A stretch of DNA of 8,654 nucleotides from IMG/VR virus record IMGVR_UViG_2563366830_000015. One strand, given 5' to 3'. The notes under the pieces are model-generated. The model had not been told where the DNA came from, made no database searches, and saw nothing but the letters and a program-made list of their open reading frames with translations. Of this stretch, positions 8,112 to 8,654 are shown in pieces (the first letter of the stretch is position 1; each line of letters starts with the position of its first letter). The position numbers and the translations under genes were made by a program. Source of the DNA: a virus. Taxonomy: Duplodnaviria; Heunggongvirae; Uroviricota; Caudoviricetes.

Positions 8112-8537
8112 ATGGAATTACAGGACTGGCGAAAAGAACCTCGTAAAAACTATTCGAATGAATTCAAACTTCGTATGGTGGAACTGGCATCACAACCTGG
8201 AGCTTGTGTTGCACAGATTGCACGTGAAAATGGCGTCAATGATAATGTTATTTTCAAATGGCTCAGGCTCTGGCAGAACGAAGGGCGTGTTTCGCGGCGT
8301 CTTCCGGTAACGACCTCTTCTGACACTGGCGTTGAATTATTACCTGTAGAAATAACGCCGGATGAGCAGAAAGAACCTGTGGTGGCCATTGCGCCGTCTT
8401 TATCCACTTCCACTCAGACCAGAGTCAGTGCCAGTTCCTGCAAGGTGGAATTCCATCACGGTAACATGACGCTGGAAAATCCATCGCCAGAGCTGCTCAC
8501 AGTGTTGATCCGTGAACTGACCGGGAGGGGAAGATGA
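8112..8537 (+). CDS. tnpA: IS66-family accessory protein TnpA (orf1, helix-turn-helix), 141 aa
   Basis: The ORF sits directly inside the IS left end. The translation (MELQDWRKEPRKNYSNEFKLRMVELASQPGACVAQIARENGVNDNVIFKWLRLWQNEGR...) has the helix-turn-helix-like N-terminus typical of IS66 orf1 proteins. Its stop overlaps the tnpB start. Confidence 0.8.
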   Translation: MELQDWRKEPRKNYSNEFKLRMVELASQPGACVAQIARENGVNDNVIFKWLRLWQNEGRVSRRLPVTTSSDTGVELLPVEITPDEQKEPVVAIAPSLSTSTQTRVSASSCKVEFHHGNMTLENPSPELLTVLIRELTGRGR

Positions 8538-8654
8538 TCTCACTCCCATCAGGTACCCATATCTGGCTCGTTGCCGGCGTTACCGATATGCGTAAATCCT
8601 TCAACGGACTGGGAGAACAGGTACAACATGTGCTGAATGATAATCCCTTCTCCG
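8534..8654 (+). CDS. tnpB: IS66-family TnpB (orf2), N-terminal 40 codons; 3' end beyond the window
   Basis: ATG at 8534 overlaps the tnpA TGA (ATGA). The translation MISLPSGTHIWLVAGVTDMRKSFNGLGEQVQHVLNDNPFS closely matches the conserved N-terminus of IS66-family TnpB proteins as recalled. It is open to the window end and is not in the supplied ORF track because it has no stop. Confidence 0.85.
   Translation, partial: MISLPSGTHIWLVAGVTDMRKSFNGLGEQVQHVLNDNPFS

Larger units (their letters stand above)
8027..8654 (+). mobile_element. IS66-family insertion sequence, left end and first ~630 bp; the element continues beyond the window
   Basis: The terminal sequence begins GTAAGCGTAAACTGACC (8027-), and IS66-family inverted repeats typically start GTAA(GCG). 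The tnpA start lies 85 bp inside, with the overlapping tnpA/tnpB arrangement (ATGA) typical of IS66. The insertion point interrupts tfa. Confidence 0.8.

Noticed and set aside
8150-8413. 87-aa minus-strand ORF inside tnpA
   Set aside because: Antisense to the IS66 tnpA reading frame, which has the expected N-terminal motif and the overlapping tnpA/tnpB organisation. No support for an independent gene.

Overview
The window is the distal tail region of a lambda-like (lambdoid) prophage, most likely in an Escherichia/Shigella-type chromosome, all on the + strand: the 3' end of tail assembly gene I (1-291), a 343-bp AT-rich non-coding spacer (292-634), host-specificity/tail-tip gene J (635-4108), the outer-membrane moron lom (4176-4775), side tail fibre gene stf (4927-7953), and a tfa tail-fibre-assembly gene cut off after 25 codons (7953-8030) by an IS66-family insertion sequence (IR from ~8027; tnpA 8112-8537; start of tnpB 8534-window end). 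Homology calls rest on recalled lambda and IS66 protein sequences, not on a search. I found no complete novel protein-coding system. The features most worth follow-up are: (1) the I-J spacer, which carries a near-consensus sigma70 promoter and an intrinsic terminator on the minus strand bracketing a ~95-nt candidate antisense sRNA, plus a bidirectional terminator hairpin; (2) compositional mosaicism in the 3' third of J and the centre of stf, with internal module duplications in the fibre; (3) the IS66 insertion that inactivates tfa. Most long antisense and alternate-frame ORFs in the supplied track are artefacts of GC-rich or repetitive coding sequence.
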